64,000 nucleotides of DNA, taken from Balanoglossus misakiensis (taxonomy: Eukaryota; Animalia; Hemichordata). The position numbers and the translations under genes were made by a program. The stretch's first letter is position 1, and the number at the start of each line of letters is the position of its first letter. Below the pieces are notes generated by a model. The model ran no database searches. It was given only the letters and a program-made list of their open reading frames with translations, and had not been told where the DNA came from. Shown one piece after another: positions 26,934 through 41,266 of this stretch. The stretch lies in contig CM082587.2 in NCBI GenBank assembly GCA_040954595.2, positions 7,367,705 through 7,431,704 on the forward strand, written 5' to 3'.

Positions 26934-27004
26934 TAGACTTGCTCCAAGTCTATGGGCTTCATTATGTGTAGGGAACGCGTAGGCCCATACACTCGCTTGG
27001 TCTA
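26934..27004. mobile_element. 71-bp insertion with TAGAC...GTCTA termini and 9-bp TSD in the upstream region of copy 4
   Basis: Absent from paralogous sites (copy 3 reads ...GTGTATGTGTCTATCTG); flanks TGTATGTGT / TGTATGAGT. Confidence 0.75.
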
Positions 27005-27788
27005 TGTATGAGTCTATCTGTTTGCATTTAATAAGTTAATTCAGGCATCTTTTTTTATCTCATGTAGCTTTTAAATTTTTATTGAACAGGAATAAAACGG
27101 AGAACAAAAATAAAATTACTGAAATAGAGTATTGTACAAAATGCATGTAAGATTGTTTTACATATAGGTAATGTAACTACAATGGTAAGTTTCATTCTGA
27201 TCAGCCACATCCATCCAGGAACAGGTTAGTTAGATGTATGGCAATCTGCTAAAATTCCGCTGTACTGTGTTTTTTCCCTTCTGATTTTGCTCCCAACACC
27301 CCTCCAATGAAAGTAAACACGGAGCATATATATCCCTACAGCTGGTTTTAAAGATTGTTTGCATGATATTAGGAAATAGTTTTTTTACAGGCGGTCACTG
27401 CATGGAACTTTTTCCTCAGACAATTTGCGGCCATTTCTAACAAGCTGTGCATGGTGATCGCTATAGCGTGCCTTCAGAAGGACATAAAGAATCAATTGGA
27501 CCCGGTAATCTGATTCAATTTGTTTCGCATACAATGTCAACATTTTATGAATCTGTGTTTTCTCTCTTTGTTTGGCTCAAAATTATTTGTCAAATAATTT
27601 AAATACAAGATAGGGCCAAACGAGGGTGTGTGTGTCTACCTCAGATTGCCCATGCGATAAAGCCAACAATTTCATCTTCTCCCATCATACACTGAACCAC
27701 CGAAACGACGACGCCGTTTCTTATCCCACCACTAAAAAATCCACCGATTTCATTTTTTTCCATCATGCATGCAGGCAACAACAACGCA

Positions 27789-28977
27789 ATGAAGCTGTTT
27801 ATTATCACATTGACTATTCTGACCATCGTGGCCGGCGATGACGAACTTTCCTGGCAGAGCGAGCCATGGGTGTGCAATAAGGCGGAAGTGAAAATATACG
27901 ATAATGCAATTCACAATGTTGTATACACCCATGGTGTGCCTTGCTTTGACGAGATCATGGAAGTCCCCGACGTACTGGCGGACAAATCTCCTTTTGTAAA
28001 CTACCGAGTTTACATGGCCGTGGGACCAGTTATTGCTGACACCAAGACATTCCGTCTTATGGAAGTTCCTGTTGATCAAATCGACACCATTGACCTGGTA
28101 ACTGTCTAACGATAAATTATATGTAATATCATATTAATGCGATTCCGTTAAGTATGTGTGCTTGGGTATATGAATCCCTGCGGCCATATTCGATTTTCCT
28201 AGATTGTACAAACCAGTTCTTCTCGGGTCCGATCAACTTAACAATTTGGAAATAAAATCGACCACTAGCTAAGTTATTAAACCATGAATTATTGTATTAG
28301 CCATTGTCTCACTGGCGTCTTTGTGTTTTAATGGTCCATCAACACGACTTCGCATGTTTTAAAATGTTCAGATGTGTTTATTATATTTATGGCGAGTACT
28401 TGTCATTTTTTTTCTGAGTACTAATAGTTTTTTGCAGAAAGTATTATTTACTCCCTATTAATAAAATATGCACTAAACTCAGCTGTAACTTCAATTTTCA
28501 GGGGGAGAAACTGCCCGGCGAACTTGCAACTGAATGCCTACTCTGCAATACTGCTTTTTACCATGGTGATATGGCATTGGCAAAATGCACGGACATAGTA
28601 AGTCCTTATGAGTTTTGCCTTCGACATAACTTGAAGAAAACAACGTGTCACTCTAGACTTGAATTTGCATCTTCAACCGGTCTAATTTGAGGAATTTGTG
28701 TTGAAATCGTATTGTTGTTTAGCCTATTTGCACAAATTTGCCATCTTGAAAAAAATGCTCAATCCTTCTTTACGGTATAACGGGCTTTATGTGTTCTTTC
28801 CAGGAATGTCCCGAGCGAATTTCCAAGGAATTGTATTGGCACCCGCCTGGCAATATCACCTTCGAAAGCCACTTGATGTTCTGCGGCTTCAAAAAAGATG
28901 GAAACACTTCAATCTTCTTTTGCAAACATTATGAACCAGAACACCCCTTCGAAGAAGATCAATGGCTGCCGGAATAA
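27789..28977 (+). CDS. Secreted 8-Cys protein family, copy 4 (192 aa)
   Basis: Exons 27789-28097, 28502-28597, 28804-28977. Confidence 0.9.
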
Positions 28978-30376
28978 GAATTTAAGAATTGAACATATCA
29001 TTGTCGTGAATAATGTGATGTTTCAAACACCACTTTCAATGAATACTCCAACTATGGTGGAAATGATGATGCAAAATAAATATCGAAAAAAGCTATAACA
29101 TTCTCTTCATGTGTCTTCCCCAAAGGTTGGAATGCGCCATTTCTGCATAATTTAATTATAGTTAACGTGAAATCTAGATACGAGTGCCGAGTTCTGGTAT
29201 GGTAACGGCAACTTGTTATTTCAATTCTTTGCGGGACATTCAATATGAAGCCGGAACGACCACATTTTCTTATCTTGCTATATTTAATATGAAAATGCCG
29301 ATTTCAGGCTGATCTATGTATAAGGACTTTACTTGTAATTAAATTACAGATGGGCGATTTTCCGACCATTGGGTACAACAATCTCTGACAAATGCCAATA
29401 GCGAAAGTCAATTTGGAATGCACTCGTGAAAGTACTGGCGCAGAATAAACATAACGGCATCACCCTTGGAAAGAAAATTTCTGGACGATTTCTTCGATCA
29501 GGGATCTGTGATGTGAGCGTATGACATAGCTCCAATATGAATGTATATACCATCTGCTCAATTATTGTAAATGTCGCTCATTTAAATATTTCATGATTTC
29601 TCAAAATGAGGGCCAGCTTACAAAACTCCTTTGATGGCAACTGTCTAGTTCAGAAATGCGTTGCACGAAAATATTATTTCATCACTGTCGTACCTTCAAC
29701 GCAATTTTTAATATGGGTATTTCAGCAAAATGTAAATGGGCAAAGCCCAAATTAAATGAACGAGTTTCTGCATGTATTCATCTATTCTTATTTTGTTAAT
29801 CCAATAATAGTAACTTATTATTTCTACATATCATTATAGTAGTACTGGACCGAATTAAACTAACAATATAAAAAACGTTCCGACACTATATGAAAGAACA
29901 ATTCACGTTACTTCCCAGTTCTATTTCTGATAGGTATCAGCTACAGTTACATCCATAACCAGAAACAGGTTAGTTGTATGGTACTGATAAAAGTCTGTAG
30001 AGATATGTTCTGTCTTATTCTTCACTGTGGTTTTCCTTTGTTCTATTTCTGGTGCTAACGTCTTCAATTTGTATAAAAGATAAACATCGAGACTGGGTCT
30101 ATATCCCTACAGCAGGTTTTAATCAGCTTAATTGTCAATCGTTCGTGTGTGTATGTGTCTGGTGGCCACAACATCGGACCCATTTCTCGGGAGGATAATT
30201 TGCGACCATTTCGTATATTGTGCTTTGTGATTGTTATATGTGCTCTAAGGAAGACCTCCGGAAAAATATACGCTTACTGTTTATGGTTGTTTTTGAAGGC
30301 AAGCATTATGAAATGAAAACTGAGAAAATTCTTTAATTATTCTAATGACGTTTTCTATCACACAGGCACATTCAGA

Positions 30377-31477
30377 ATGAAGCTGTTTATTATTACACTG
30401 ACTATCGCGGCCATCGTAGCTGGCGATGAGCAGCACCCCTTCCAGAGCGAATCATGGGTATGCAGCAAATTGGATGTGAAACTATACGAGAACGCAATAC
30501 ACAATATTCTTTTCACCCATGGTGTGCCCTGTTTTGATGAACTCATGGAAGTTCCTGCACTCGTGGCGGACAAAACTCCGATTAGAAGCGACCAGTTTTA
30601 CGCGGCCGTGGGACCCTTTATTGGTGGCACAAAGACGTTCCGTGTCATGGAAGTTGTTGCTGATAAAATCGATACGATTGACCTGGTAAATGATTTATAT
30701 TTATGTTATCAGTAGTGTCATAGAAATAGTGCCGATTCTACACAGAATATACCTGGTGTATGAATGGATGGATGTATGGATGGATGGCCGAAGATAGTAA
30801 CCGTGTCCTCAAACGAGTCAATCATCAATTATTATTATGTTTATCATTTTCCATTTTCCATTTTCAGGGAACCGAACATCTCGACGATATGGCAAATGAA
30901 TGCCTATTCTGTGATATTGACCTGTATACTGGCGATATGGTATATGCAAACTGCACGGACATAGTAAGTACATATCATTTCATTTATTTGTTAATTTTCA
31001 TCGGTAGTTGTTAAAAATGGATCGGTGTTTTCGACTTTGTATCTATAGTAGGACATGACTGAAACCTACTTAGACTACAGGGTGGTTCGTCTTCTTTGTT
31101 TCATACAACTTGAAAACAAATGTTGGCCAGGAATTACACCTCAAGACGCTCAACTATTTTTTTTTTTAATTTTGTCAAAATTATATTAATAATTTTCGAC
31201 TTATTTGCAACTATTTACCGACTTAAAAGAATGGCTAAATCCATTTCTTTGTTCAACAGAATTTTCCTCACGGTTAAATACTTTATATGTGCTTTTCCCA
31301 TAGGAATGCCCTGAGAAAATGTCCAGAGGATTGTATTGGGACCCTCCCGGGCACATCACCTTCGAAACCCACATCCAGTACTGCGGCTTCAAGCGGGAAG
31401 GAAGCGCTTTAATCTACTACTGCAAATACTATGGTGCGCCAAACCGCCGTGTTGAAGACGATCAGATAATCCCTTGA
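30377..31477 (+). CDS. Secreted 8-Cys protein family, copy 5 (192 aa)
   Basis: Exons 30377-30685, 30868-30963, 31304-31477; divergent C-terminus (YYGAPNRRVEDDQIIP). Confidence 0.9.
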
Positions 31478-32708
31478 ATACTTTGTAATAGGATACATGT
31501 AATTTCAGTAAACCACTTCCAATGTAAGCTTCACACTATATAATTTCACTCTACAATTCTCTATAACAGTAGATCTAGAATGTGTAATGTTTAAGCGTAT
31601 TTTTGAATGTGTATTGCTTGCTATGTTTTTTCTTCTTCTATGGATTATTTTATCTGCAATAAACTTCAATAATACTACTATTAAATAACAATAAATACCA
31701 TGGTATTTGCATTATGTGCCTTTAATAAACTTGAATATAGCTTTTTTCAATGGTTTATTTATCATTGACTCAATAAATTATGCAAATGATCGCCCTCTAC
31801 CTTCTGGACAGGATAGGACTGTTTTGTTGACTACCGGTCCCATAGGTCTATTCATTAAAAACCATGTGCGCACCTGTAAAGTTTTTTTAGTCGACTCTTC
31901 TAAATCGTGTGTGACAAGTTGAAAAAGACATTGCCAGAATTATTATGTGCAATTATTTCACTTAGTGGGGTTTTAAAGCACCTGCCCAATCACATTTATT
32001 ATATAGCGAAAATCCATTTGGAAGGACGACCAAAAATCGGGCCCCGAGTTATATACAGGTATTTAAAACTTTGCATGTAAAAGCTATTGATCGCACGGCG
32101 TGACAAAAACCTTTAATGTCTCGCATTATAACTATACTATATGTCTTCATTTGGATTTTAATCTTTTAAAAAATATTATCACGTGTAATTTTAACTCTTT
32201 CGAGGCGAACTGAAACGGAAATAAAACTGAGAATAACAATTATATAGAGATACATTCCGCGCTGACTGGCGTGTACGGCATTGACGATATATCAGGGCAA
32301 TACTATTCATTTGCCAGTCAACTTAAGACTTCCATCAGCCACATCCTTCCAGGTTAGTTGTATGGTATTTACCAAACATTTGTTTTTGTCGACTTTTGCG
32401 CCAAACGCCATAATTTTCTGTGGGTCATGTCTGTGTTACTTGATTGGGATACATGATCGCGACACAAGCGAGACATGTTTCGTCGGGGAGAATGAGAACT
32501 TGTCGACCAACGTCCAACTTTCCAGCACAGACCCACCGGCCATAAATTCAATGTCCGCTCACCGAAGTCAAATAGTTTCGCATGAAATAGAGCCTCTAGG
32601 AGATACCCTTGAGAATGAAGTCTAGACTGAATTAACTTTTTGATTCTGTTGGTCTTACTATATATTTACAATATTAAGTTTTTCTGTGATACAGGCAAGA
32701 GCACAACG

Positions 32709-35700
32709 ATGAAACTGTCACTTATCACATTGGCTATTTTGACCATGGTAGCTGGCGATGACGAGCATCCATGGCAGAGCGAGCCATGGGTGTGCAGCGG
32801 AGTGGACGTTAAACTGCACGCCAATGCCATACACGCGGTCGTTATGACCCACGGTGTCCCTTGCTTCGACGACCTCCTGGCTATTCCCGGTGAACTGGCG
32901 GGTAAAACTCCGTTTAGAAGCGACCACACCTACGGAGCCGTGGGACCGTTCATCGGCGGTACCAGAACGTTCCGTATCACGCACATCGATGCTGCTCAAA
33001 TCGACACTATTGACCTGGTAAATGCCAAATTATTGTTTTGCCTATTTGTATAAGTCACCCCATTGCCTTGGTGGAGTAACGGTATTAGACTTGTCACCCT
33101 ATTTGAGTAACCGTTACTCGAACAAGGCAATGGGGTGACTAATACCTTTACTCCACCAAGGCAATGGGGTGACTAATACCGTTACTCCACCAATGCAATG
33201 GGGTGGCTAATACCGTTACTCCACCAAGGCAATGGGGTGACTAATACCGTTACTCCACCAAGGCAATGGGGTGACTAATACCGTTACTCCACCAAGGCAA
33301 TGGGGTGACTAATACCGTTACTCCACCAAGGCAATAGGGTGACTAATACCGTTACTCCACCAAGGCAATGGGGTGGCTAATACCGTTACTCCACCAAGGC
33401 AATGGGGTGGCTAATACCGTTACTCCACCAAGGCAATAGGGTGACTAATACCGTTACTCCACCAAGGCAATGGGGTGACTAATACCGTTACTCCACCAAG
33501 GCAATAGGGTGACTAATACCGTTACTCCACCAAGGCAATGGGGTGGCTAATACCGTTACTCCACCAAGGCAATGGGGTGACTAATACCGTTACTCAACCA
33601 AGGCAATGGGGTGGCTAATACCGTTACTCCACCAAGGCAATAGGGTGACTAATACCGTTACTCAACCAAGGCAATGGGGTGGCTAATACCGTTACTCCAC
33701 CAAGGCAATGGGGTGACTAATACCGTTACTCCACCAAGGCAATGGGGTGACTAATACCGTTACTCCACCAAGGCAATGGGGTGACTAATACCGTTACTCC
33801 ACCAAGGCAATAGGGTGACTAATACCGTTACTCAACCAAGGCAATGGGGTGGCTAATACCGTTACTCCACCAAGGCAATGGGGTGACTAATACCGTTACT
33901 CCACCAAGGCAATGGGGTGGCTAATACCGTTACTCCACCAAGGCAATGGGGTGGCTAATACCGTTACTCCACCAATGCAATGGGGTGGCTAATACCGTTA
34001 CTCCACCAAGGCAATAGGGTGACTAATACCGTTACTCCACCAAGGCAATGGGGTGGCTAATACCGTTACTCCACCAAGGCAATGGGGTGACTAATACCGT
34101 TACTCCACCAAGGCAATGGGGTGGCTAATACCGTTACTCCACCAAGGCAATAGGGTGACTAATACCGTTACTCCACCAAGGCAATGGGGTGGCTAATACC
34201 GTTACTCCACCAAGGCAATGGGGTGACTAATACCGTTACTCAACCAAGGCAATGGGGTGGCTAATACCGTTACTCCACCAAGGCAATGGGGTGGCTAATA
34301 CCGTTACTCAACCAAGGCAATGGGGTGACTAATACCGTTACTCCACCAAGGCAATAGGGTGACTAATACCGTTACTCCACCAAGGCAATAGGGTGACTAA
34401 TACCGTTACTCCACCAAGGCAATGGGGTGGCTAATACCGTTACTCCACCAAGGCAATAGGGTGACTAATACCGTTACTCCACCAAGGCAATGGGGTGGCT
34501 AATACCGTTACTCCACCAAGGCAATGGGGTGACTAATACCGTTACTCAACCAAGGCAATGGGGTGGCTAATACCGTTACTCCACCAAGGCAATAGGGTGA
34601 CTAATACCGTTACTCAACCAAGGCAATGGGGTGGCTAATACCGTTACTCCACCAAGGCAATGGGGTGGCTAATACCGTTACTCCACCAAGGCAATGGGGT
34701 GACTAATACCGTTACTCCACCAAGGCAATGGGGTGGCTAATACCGTTACTCCACCAAGGCAATGGGGTGGCTAATACCGTTACTCCACCAATGCAATGGG
34801 GTGGCTAATACCGTTACTCCACCAAGGCAATAGGGTGACTAATACCGTTACTCCACCAAGGCAATGGGGTGGCTAATACCGTTACTCCACCAAGGCAATG
34901 GGGTGACTAATACCGTTACTCCACCAAGGCAATGGGGTGACTAATACCGTTACTCCACCAAGGCATGGGGTGACTAATACCGTTACTCAACCAAGGGAAT
35001 GGGGTGACTAATACCGTTTTGCATTACCGAATTGCTACATCAGAGTGTAGCTACCCTTCTGCATGGAGTTTTCTTGTCCATTAACACGACTCCCTCAAGT
35101 TCTTCAGTGACTCTATACCCATATGTTTAGAGTCCCAGGCCCAAGGACAATGTACTTGTCATTGTTGCGGAATACAGCTGTTGTTATCCTATCCATGTTG
35201 ATAACAAATGAAGTAAAGTTGCAACGACCATTTACAGGGCACTAAACTTCCAGATGAAATGGCAAATGAGTGCCTCGCCTGTAACATCACTCAGTACGCT
35301 GGCGAAATGACGCATGTAGAGTGTGAGACTATGGTAAGTTCATTTTTAAAACAATTTACTCATTTGTCATTTGTAATTTTGTAATTAGCACAACGTTTGG
35401 GGTTTGTCTGGCTATATTGTTATAAAACACCTAGAATGCTGATAGCCATTAATGTCGAGATTTACGAAGAGAAATTTCTTAAGATTGATAAAAACGTGCA
35501 ATTTAAACAATTTTCTTAAGTGTAGATCTTCACGGTAAACCATTGCAGAAGATCATCAGCATCTCCATGTCAATGCATTCCGCCCTATAGACGTGCCAAC
35601 CTTAGTCTTCTGCATGTGTGTAGATATGCATGTACGTCACTGTCATTTTGCTCTAACGTTGGCGTGATGGAGAGGTCATGTCATCTACCAGCGAACGTCC

Positions 35701-36691
35701 ATCTGAATTCAATTAGTTGTGCCGAAACTATTTCTGGATCTACCCTATTACAGTACCAAAAAACTCCACTCCTATACCCGCATGTTTCTGGTTGCCACAT
35801 TTAATCTTCGCCAACCCAAATTGAAAAAATGCAAACTTTCTATTTTAAAACACAAAGAAGACAACTCGATGAAAAGAAGACATATCTATAATGTATCCAT
35901 AATAACGTACGGCCGTAATAAATGTACCATTCCCCATTGTCAAACGCATCGTAATCGACTTTATGTATCTGTGCACATTTACCTGAACAAAGCTGCATAG
36001 CTTCTTTTATACATTCTTCATCTCAATTGAATCCGTATTGATTATTTTCGGCCCTCATGCGACCACCTGTCTTCAAACTAAAGCATTGATAAATCCATGT
36101 ATTCGTATTGTATTTCTCCTGGTAAGAGTCCCTGTTAAAGAAAAGGCCCCACAATTTACAATGATTTTTTAAAAAATAAATGAGGTTATATCCTGCCAAC
36201 GGACTTTTACTCAGTACATCTTTTTTCTAACGGTTGAACTAAACAATTGACATGTCTGCCGCACGTAGGAAATATTGAAATTTGTCTAAAAATTGTATTT
36301 TTTTTTATTTTCCAGTTATTTAATACGTCGCGTATGCATAAATCGGTTACTTTTCATTGTGAATGAAAATCATATCCCATTCTCTATCCATGTATCAATT
36401 TTCAAACGTACATGTACACTGTTTAATAAGGTCAGTTCTCCGAGCTCTTTCCATGGGACATGCAGCATTTAATATAAGGACATTTTGCCTTTTGTATACT
36501 GTATGTGTTCTCTCCTCCAGGAATGCCCCGAGCGAATTTCCAAAGAGTTACATTGGAACCCTCCTGGGAACGTCACCTTCGAAAGCCACATCACGTACTG
36601 CAGCTTCAGAAGGGAAGGGAGCGCTACCAACTACTACTGTAAAAACTACGCCACAGAACATCCCTTTGCAGAGGACGAACTTGCCGGATAA
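32709..36691 (+). CDS. Secreted 8-Cys protein family, copy 6 (191 aa)
   Basis: Exons 32709-33017, 35238-35333, 36521-36691; first coding intron expanded by a minisatellite. Confidence 0.88.
33053..35018. repeat. 34-bp minisatellite (about 56 units) preceded by one inverted unit
   Basis: Unit CCAAGGCAATGGGGTGACTAATACCGTTACTCCA; inverted copy at about 33053-33088. Confidence 0.97.
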
Positions 36692-37453
36692 ATACCGTCT
36701 AATGGGTTACAATATTACTTTCATGAATGATGATTGTTTCACAGAGGCTACTTCCAAAATGTGTACCCCAACAATAAACAAGAGTGGAGATGATGAAGAA
36801 TAATAAAACCATTACAAAATATATTTTGTGTTTTTCTTAATTTTTGTCAAATTAAGATAGACGACTACCCAGGCGCAGGGCATGCAAGGGTACCACATTT
36901 CATGGTTTTACATGTAGAATTTTGAGAAAACAGTGTCATTCCGGGCTCACATCTTTTAAATAGAAGAATGGTACAGTGGCAATGCAGCTTTGCATGTACG
37001 GATGTATGATAATTTTATTTCTCCCAATGCGCATCTATCTATATTTTAATCTTTAAATGTATCCTCCCGTGTCGTTTTTACCCCTGCCAACAAACCGAAT
37101 CGCAGCTAACAATAGGACACAAATTATTTAAAATATATCTTGCGCTTATAGTCTTGTTTGAGAGTGACAATTTATCAGAATTTAACTATTCATTTGCGAG
37201 TCAACTTCAGACTACCATCAGCCGTGTTCGTCCAGGTTAGTTGCCTTGTATTTGCGAAACGCACTCTTTTTGTTTACATGGCCACTGCATCTAGTCCATT
37301 CCTTAGGTGGACAATTTGAGAGTACAGGAATTTTTTAATGAATACTATTTGCTGATAGGGATTAACCGTTATGTTGAAATACCACTGCCTCCCTTTGCAC
37401 ATTACTAAAAGTCTATGTTTATTTAGATATTCTATCATACAGGCAAAGTAACA

Positions 37454-38854
37454 ATGAAACTGTTTGTCATCACTTTGGCTGTTGTGACCATCGTTGTCGG
37501 CGATGACGTGCATCCATACCAGAGTGAACCGTGGATATGCAGTAAGGCAGACGTGAGAATATACGACGGTGCAATACAAAACAATCTGGTCACCCAAGGT
37601 GTGCCTTGTTATGACGAAATCATGGAAATCCCCGACATAATGGCCAACCTAACTCTGTTAAGAAGCGAACAGGCTTTCACTGCTGTGGGCCCGCTCATTA
37701 ATGGCACCAAGACTTTCCGTGTCATGCGAGTTGCCACTGATAAACTCGACACGATAGACCTGGTAAATTCTAAACAGTTGATATTAGCAATTTTATTTTT
37801 AACATGACTAATATGTTTTATCGTTGTTGGTGGCATGATGTCGATCGAGTCTTCATTAGGTGCCTGGATGTTTGGATAGAGATGAAAAATCGTGAACAAG
37901 GGTTGTATATTTGAAGCCAATAACGCAATTTGCATATAACATGAGCTTTAAAGCGTGTCAAGTATACATGCACTCGAAATTACGCTGTACGTGAATTTGA
38001 AATTTAAGATATGTGGGTGTGTACATATGTATACGCATGCAATTGCATTACTGGACGTTGAGTTAGGCAGGCAGGTTGCGTTCAAAGCCAAGTTGTTGAA
38101 CCCGTCATATTAATATCATACAGGCTATTGCAATAGTGTTTATAAACTATATGCTAACCTTAGTTGCAATGTCTATTTTCAGGGGAGAAAACTTCCCGAT
38201 GAAATGGCAAATGAATGCTTTTACTGCAACATTTACAGATACAGTGACGATATTGTACATCTTAACTGCGAGGATATCGTAAGTCCGTGTGAATTCACAT
38301 TATTTATCATTTTACGGGCAACTGCAAAACTTGATAGTAGCACCATTTACACCTGGCTCCTTCGTATGTCTTTAATGGAAGTCAAAAACAAAGTTCTGTT
38401 CTGGATTTGATGATTGCAACCTTTCATTTTAGTCGAAGGATCCAGGGAATACACTGGCACAAAGTTCAAGTTGAACAAAATAAAATTTAGAAAGGGTTAC
38501 AAAAATAACATTCTCCTGGGCAGGTACATTTGAGGATACGAAATACAAAACAGACCATTTCAGGAATGGTTGCATGTTTTCTGTCAGTTACCAATTCCGT
38601 TGACCGTCCATTGTCGTCAAAGGATAGCAGTGCATGTTTGTATTTATTCATGATGACTTGCCTTACGGCTGTACTTTACAATATGCCCTTTACAGGAATG
38701 TCCAGAACGAATCTCCAGAGAATTATATTGGCAGCCGCCTGGGAACATCACCTTCGAAAGCAGCATCGTCTACTGCAGCTTCCAACGAATCGGGGGCAAT
38801 GTCAACTATTTCTGCAAACACTATGAACCAGAACACCCATTTGAATGGGCTTAA
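37454..38854 (+). CDS. Secreted 8-Cys protein family, copy 7 (187 aa)
   Basis: Exons 37454-37762, 38183-38278, 38696-38854. Confidence 0.9.
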
Positions 38855-41141
38855 TTTGCGGTCTAAATACAGCTTGCAATATCATTATTTTGAACAATGT
38901 AATATTTCACTTTCTCGACCTGTGTACATTCACCATACCAACAGCGGAAACAAAATAAAACAGTAATGTGGTATTCCTTTCTCCGAGTCTTACTTAAACT
39001 TGCTATCCTGGAGAATATCTTAGCTAAACTCGAAATTTAATCTATTATTAACACTTGATTCACCCTACACTTCGGGAAACATTGCTATAGGTCTTCGCGT
39101 CAGTAATTTTCGTAATACAAGATGGCGGCTGAGTATATTCATGTCATATGTAAAACCCAGGGACACATTTCTCAATCAATCTTGTGGCCCAATGAGCTGG
39201 AATCCATCACGGGCACGGGGGACATTCATTATTTGTTATTGCTGCAGTATAGCATATACGCCAATACCAGCGAATTTGTGCATAAACTCCTAAAATAAAT
39301 GGGAAAACAGAATGGTGCAATTAAACCAACGGAAAATTGAATGTGCTCGCCGATTATTCGACACGTGCCCCTCACTCGTGTCGTTACTCATTTGCATAAA
39401 GACAACAATTTGGAAACTTGTACTTCCTATCAAACCAGAAAATGCCCATTGCAGCTGATATGACATGTTAACCATTTGAATGCTAGAGACCCAATTTCCT
39501 TACAATAAACACTCCGGGCCCAGTACAATACGATCAAGCGGCGATAAACAAACTACAACTGTTAACTTCGAGGGACGATTTATGAAAACAAATTCAGGGT
39601 GACCTTCACGAGTACACTGACCTCAGACATGATGTATAAAACCACTTTACCATTCTGTGCTAAAACATGCTAATTTCAGTTTCTTGCCACGTGAATTGGT
39701 CTGGTAGGTCTGTATTCGAATGAAAATAAGTTGTGCTGGTAAACTATCGAGTGAGATACACTCCTTATTTGTGTGGAGAACAAGATATATGTTAGAAAGT
39801 AGAGAATCATAACACATTCGCCTTCATAAGCATCTATTACTATACGCCTGTGAAATTGAACGTCTTACCAGCCCTACAATACGTAAGACTTAAGCTGTGA
39901 CATGCCAATAGTTTAGTATTTCGTCACTTTATAATAAAATTGCAGAACCATACCTATACACCATACGAATTATGCTTTTCAGGCACGAAAATAACACCAG
40001 ATGGATATAAAAGTGGTATTATGGCAATATGTTGGAAATTTTACTCGTGGTTTTACTTTCCCACAAAACGGCAATGTGTTGCTTCATTCCAGAATGTATA
40101 AGTGGAGTGATAATTACAACATCTGCGTGGTTGCTGCCGTGGGGCAACATGGTTGCTACTAAAAGTGTATCAATTCAGGTCAAGTAAAACATTAGGGGAC
40201 GAAATCATCAATGCATGTCATTCTTTTTGACATCTAATGCACAACAACAATTGGAACAACAAATGAAAAGCATCCGTTACTTTTTTGTTCTTACAAGATG
40301 GAATTTGATATCATATGTAACCCTGTAACTATAGAACAGTTTGTTACCGCCCAATACCTCCAATCTACCCAACCTGTTACGCTCCCTAACCCGAAATTGT
40401 CACGTGACATTTCTATTCTGCAACACGGAATTACAATTATAAAAGTATACCAAAATAGTACATTGTGCGTTATATGTTAATTTGTATCGTGGCAATTTAA
40501 AAGAACATACAACGCCGTCCACTCCTCAGTCAGCGCACGACTACCGTGACCACCAACCACATCTCCTCCAGATACAGGTTAGTTGTGCGGCGTCTTTGAA
40601 TGAGCTCATTTTCAGTTGACTACTGTACCGAAGCCATTTGGTGGCAGAAAGTTCGTGATAATGTCGATGTTGTTGTTGTTGTTGTTGCTGTTGTTGTAAA
40701 GTATCTTCAGAAAAAGGGGGCACTTATTGAGAGTCGGTTGTTCACGTTTTATGGATTTTGCATAAGAAATACGTGTATTTCTATTTCTGACATATCTCCG
40801 TAAAAACCACTTAAACATGATATGCCGAGACCTTCTGATTATTACAAATTCTTGCCCAACTGCAGCAAGTATGTCGATGTACTTAAATGAGAAAACACTA
40901 TTTTGGGGCAAAGAAATTGAAATTTGAACTTAGACATTTAGCAGATGGGAGACTACAGGTATGTAGCCTTTGCCGTCGTCCATATGTCTGTTATTTGGGC
41001 CACGGTTTGAACGTCGAGCAATAATTTTCGTACTTTTGTATTCCAGTGCTTTTGTGAATATATAGTTAAATGTGATGGTGGTCATTGTTGGGGGTCGTCT
41101 CTTTGTCTCTGTCAGTTTTTTTGTACTGGAAGATAGAAGCC

Positions 41142-41173
<32 letters not shown>

Positions 41174-41266
41174 CCTCTCTCTCTCTTGAGCTGCCTTGGT
41201 TGTCATATGGACTACTGCGAACACTGAGACTTAAACTTTTTTTCTACTTTTACAGACATCGCAACA

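Noticed and set aside
33111-35018. 34-bp repeats as a CRISPR array
   Set aside because: Units are contiguous with no unique spacers, no cas genes, and the array lies in a eukaryotic intron.
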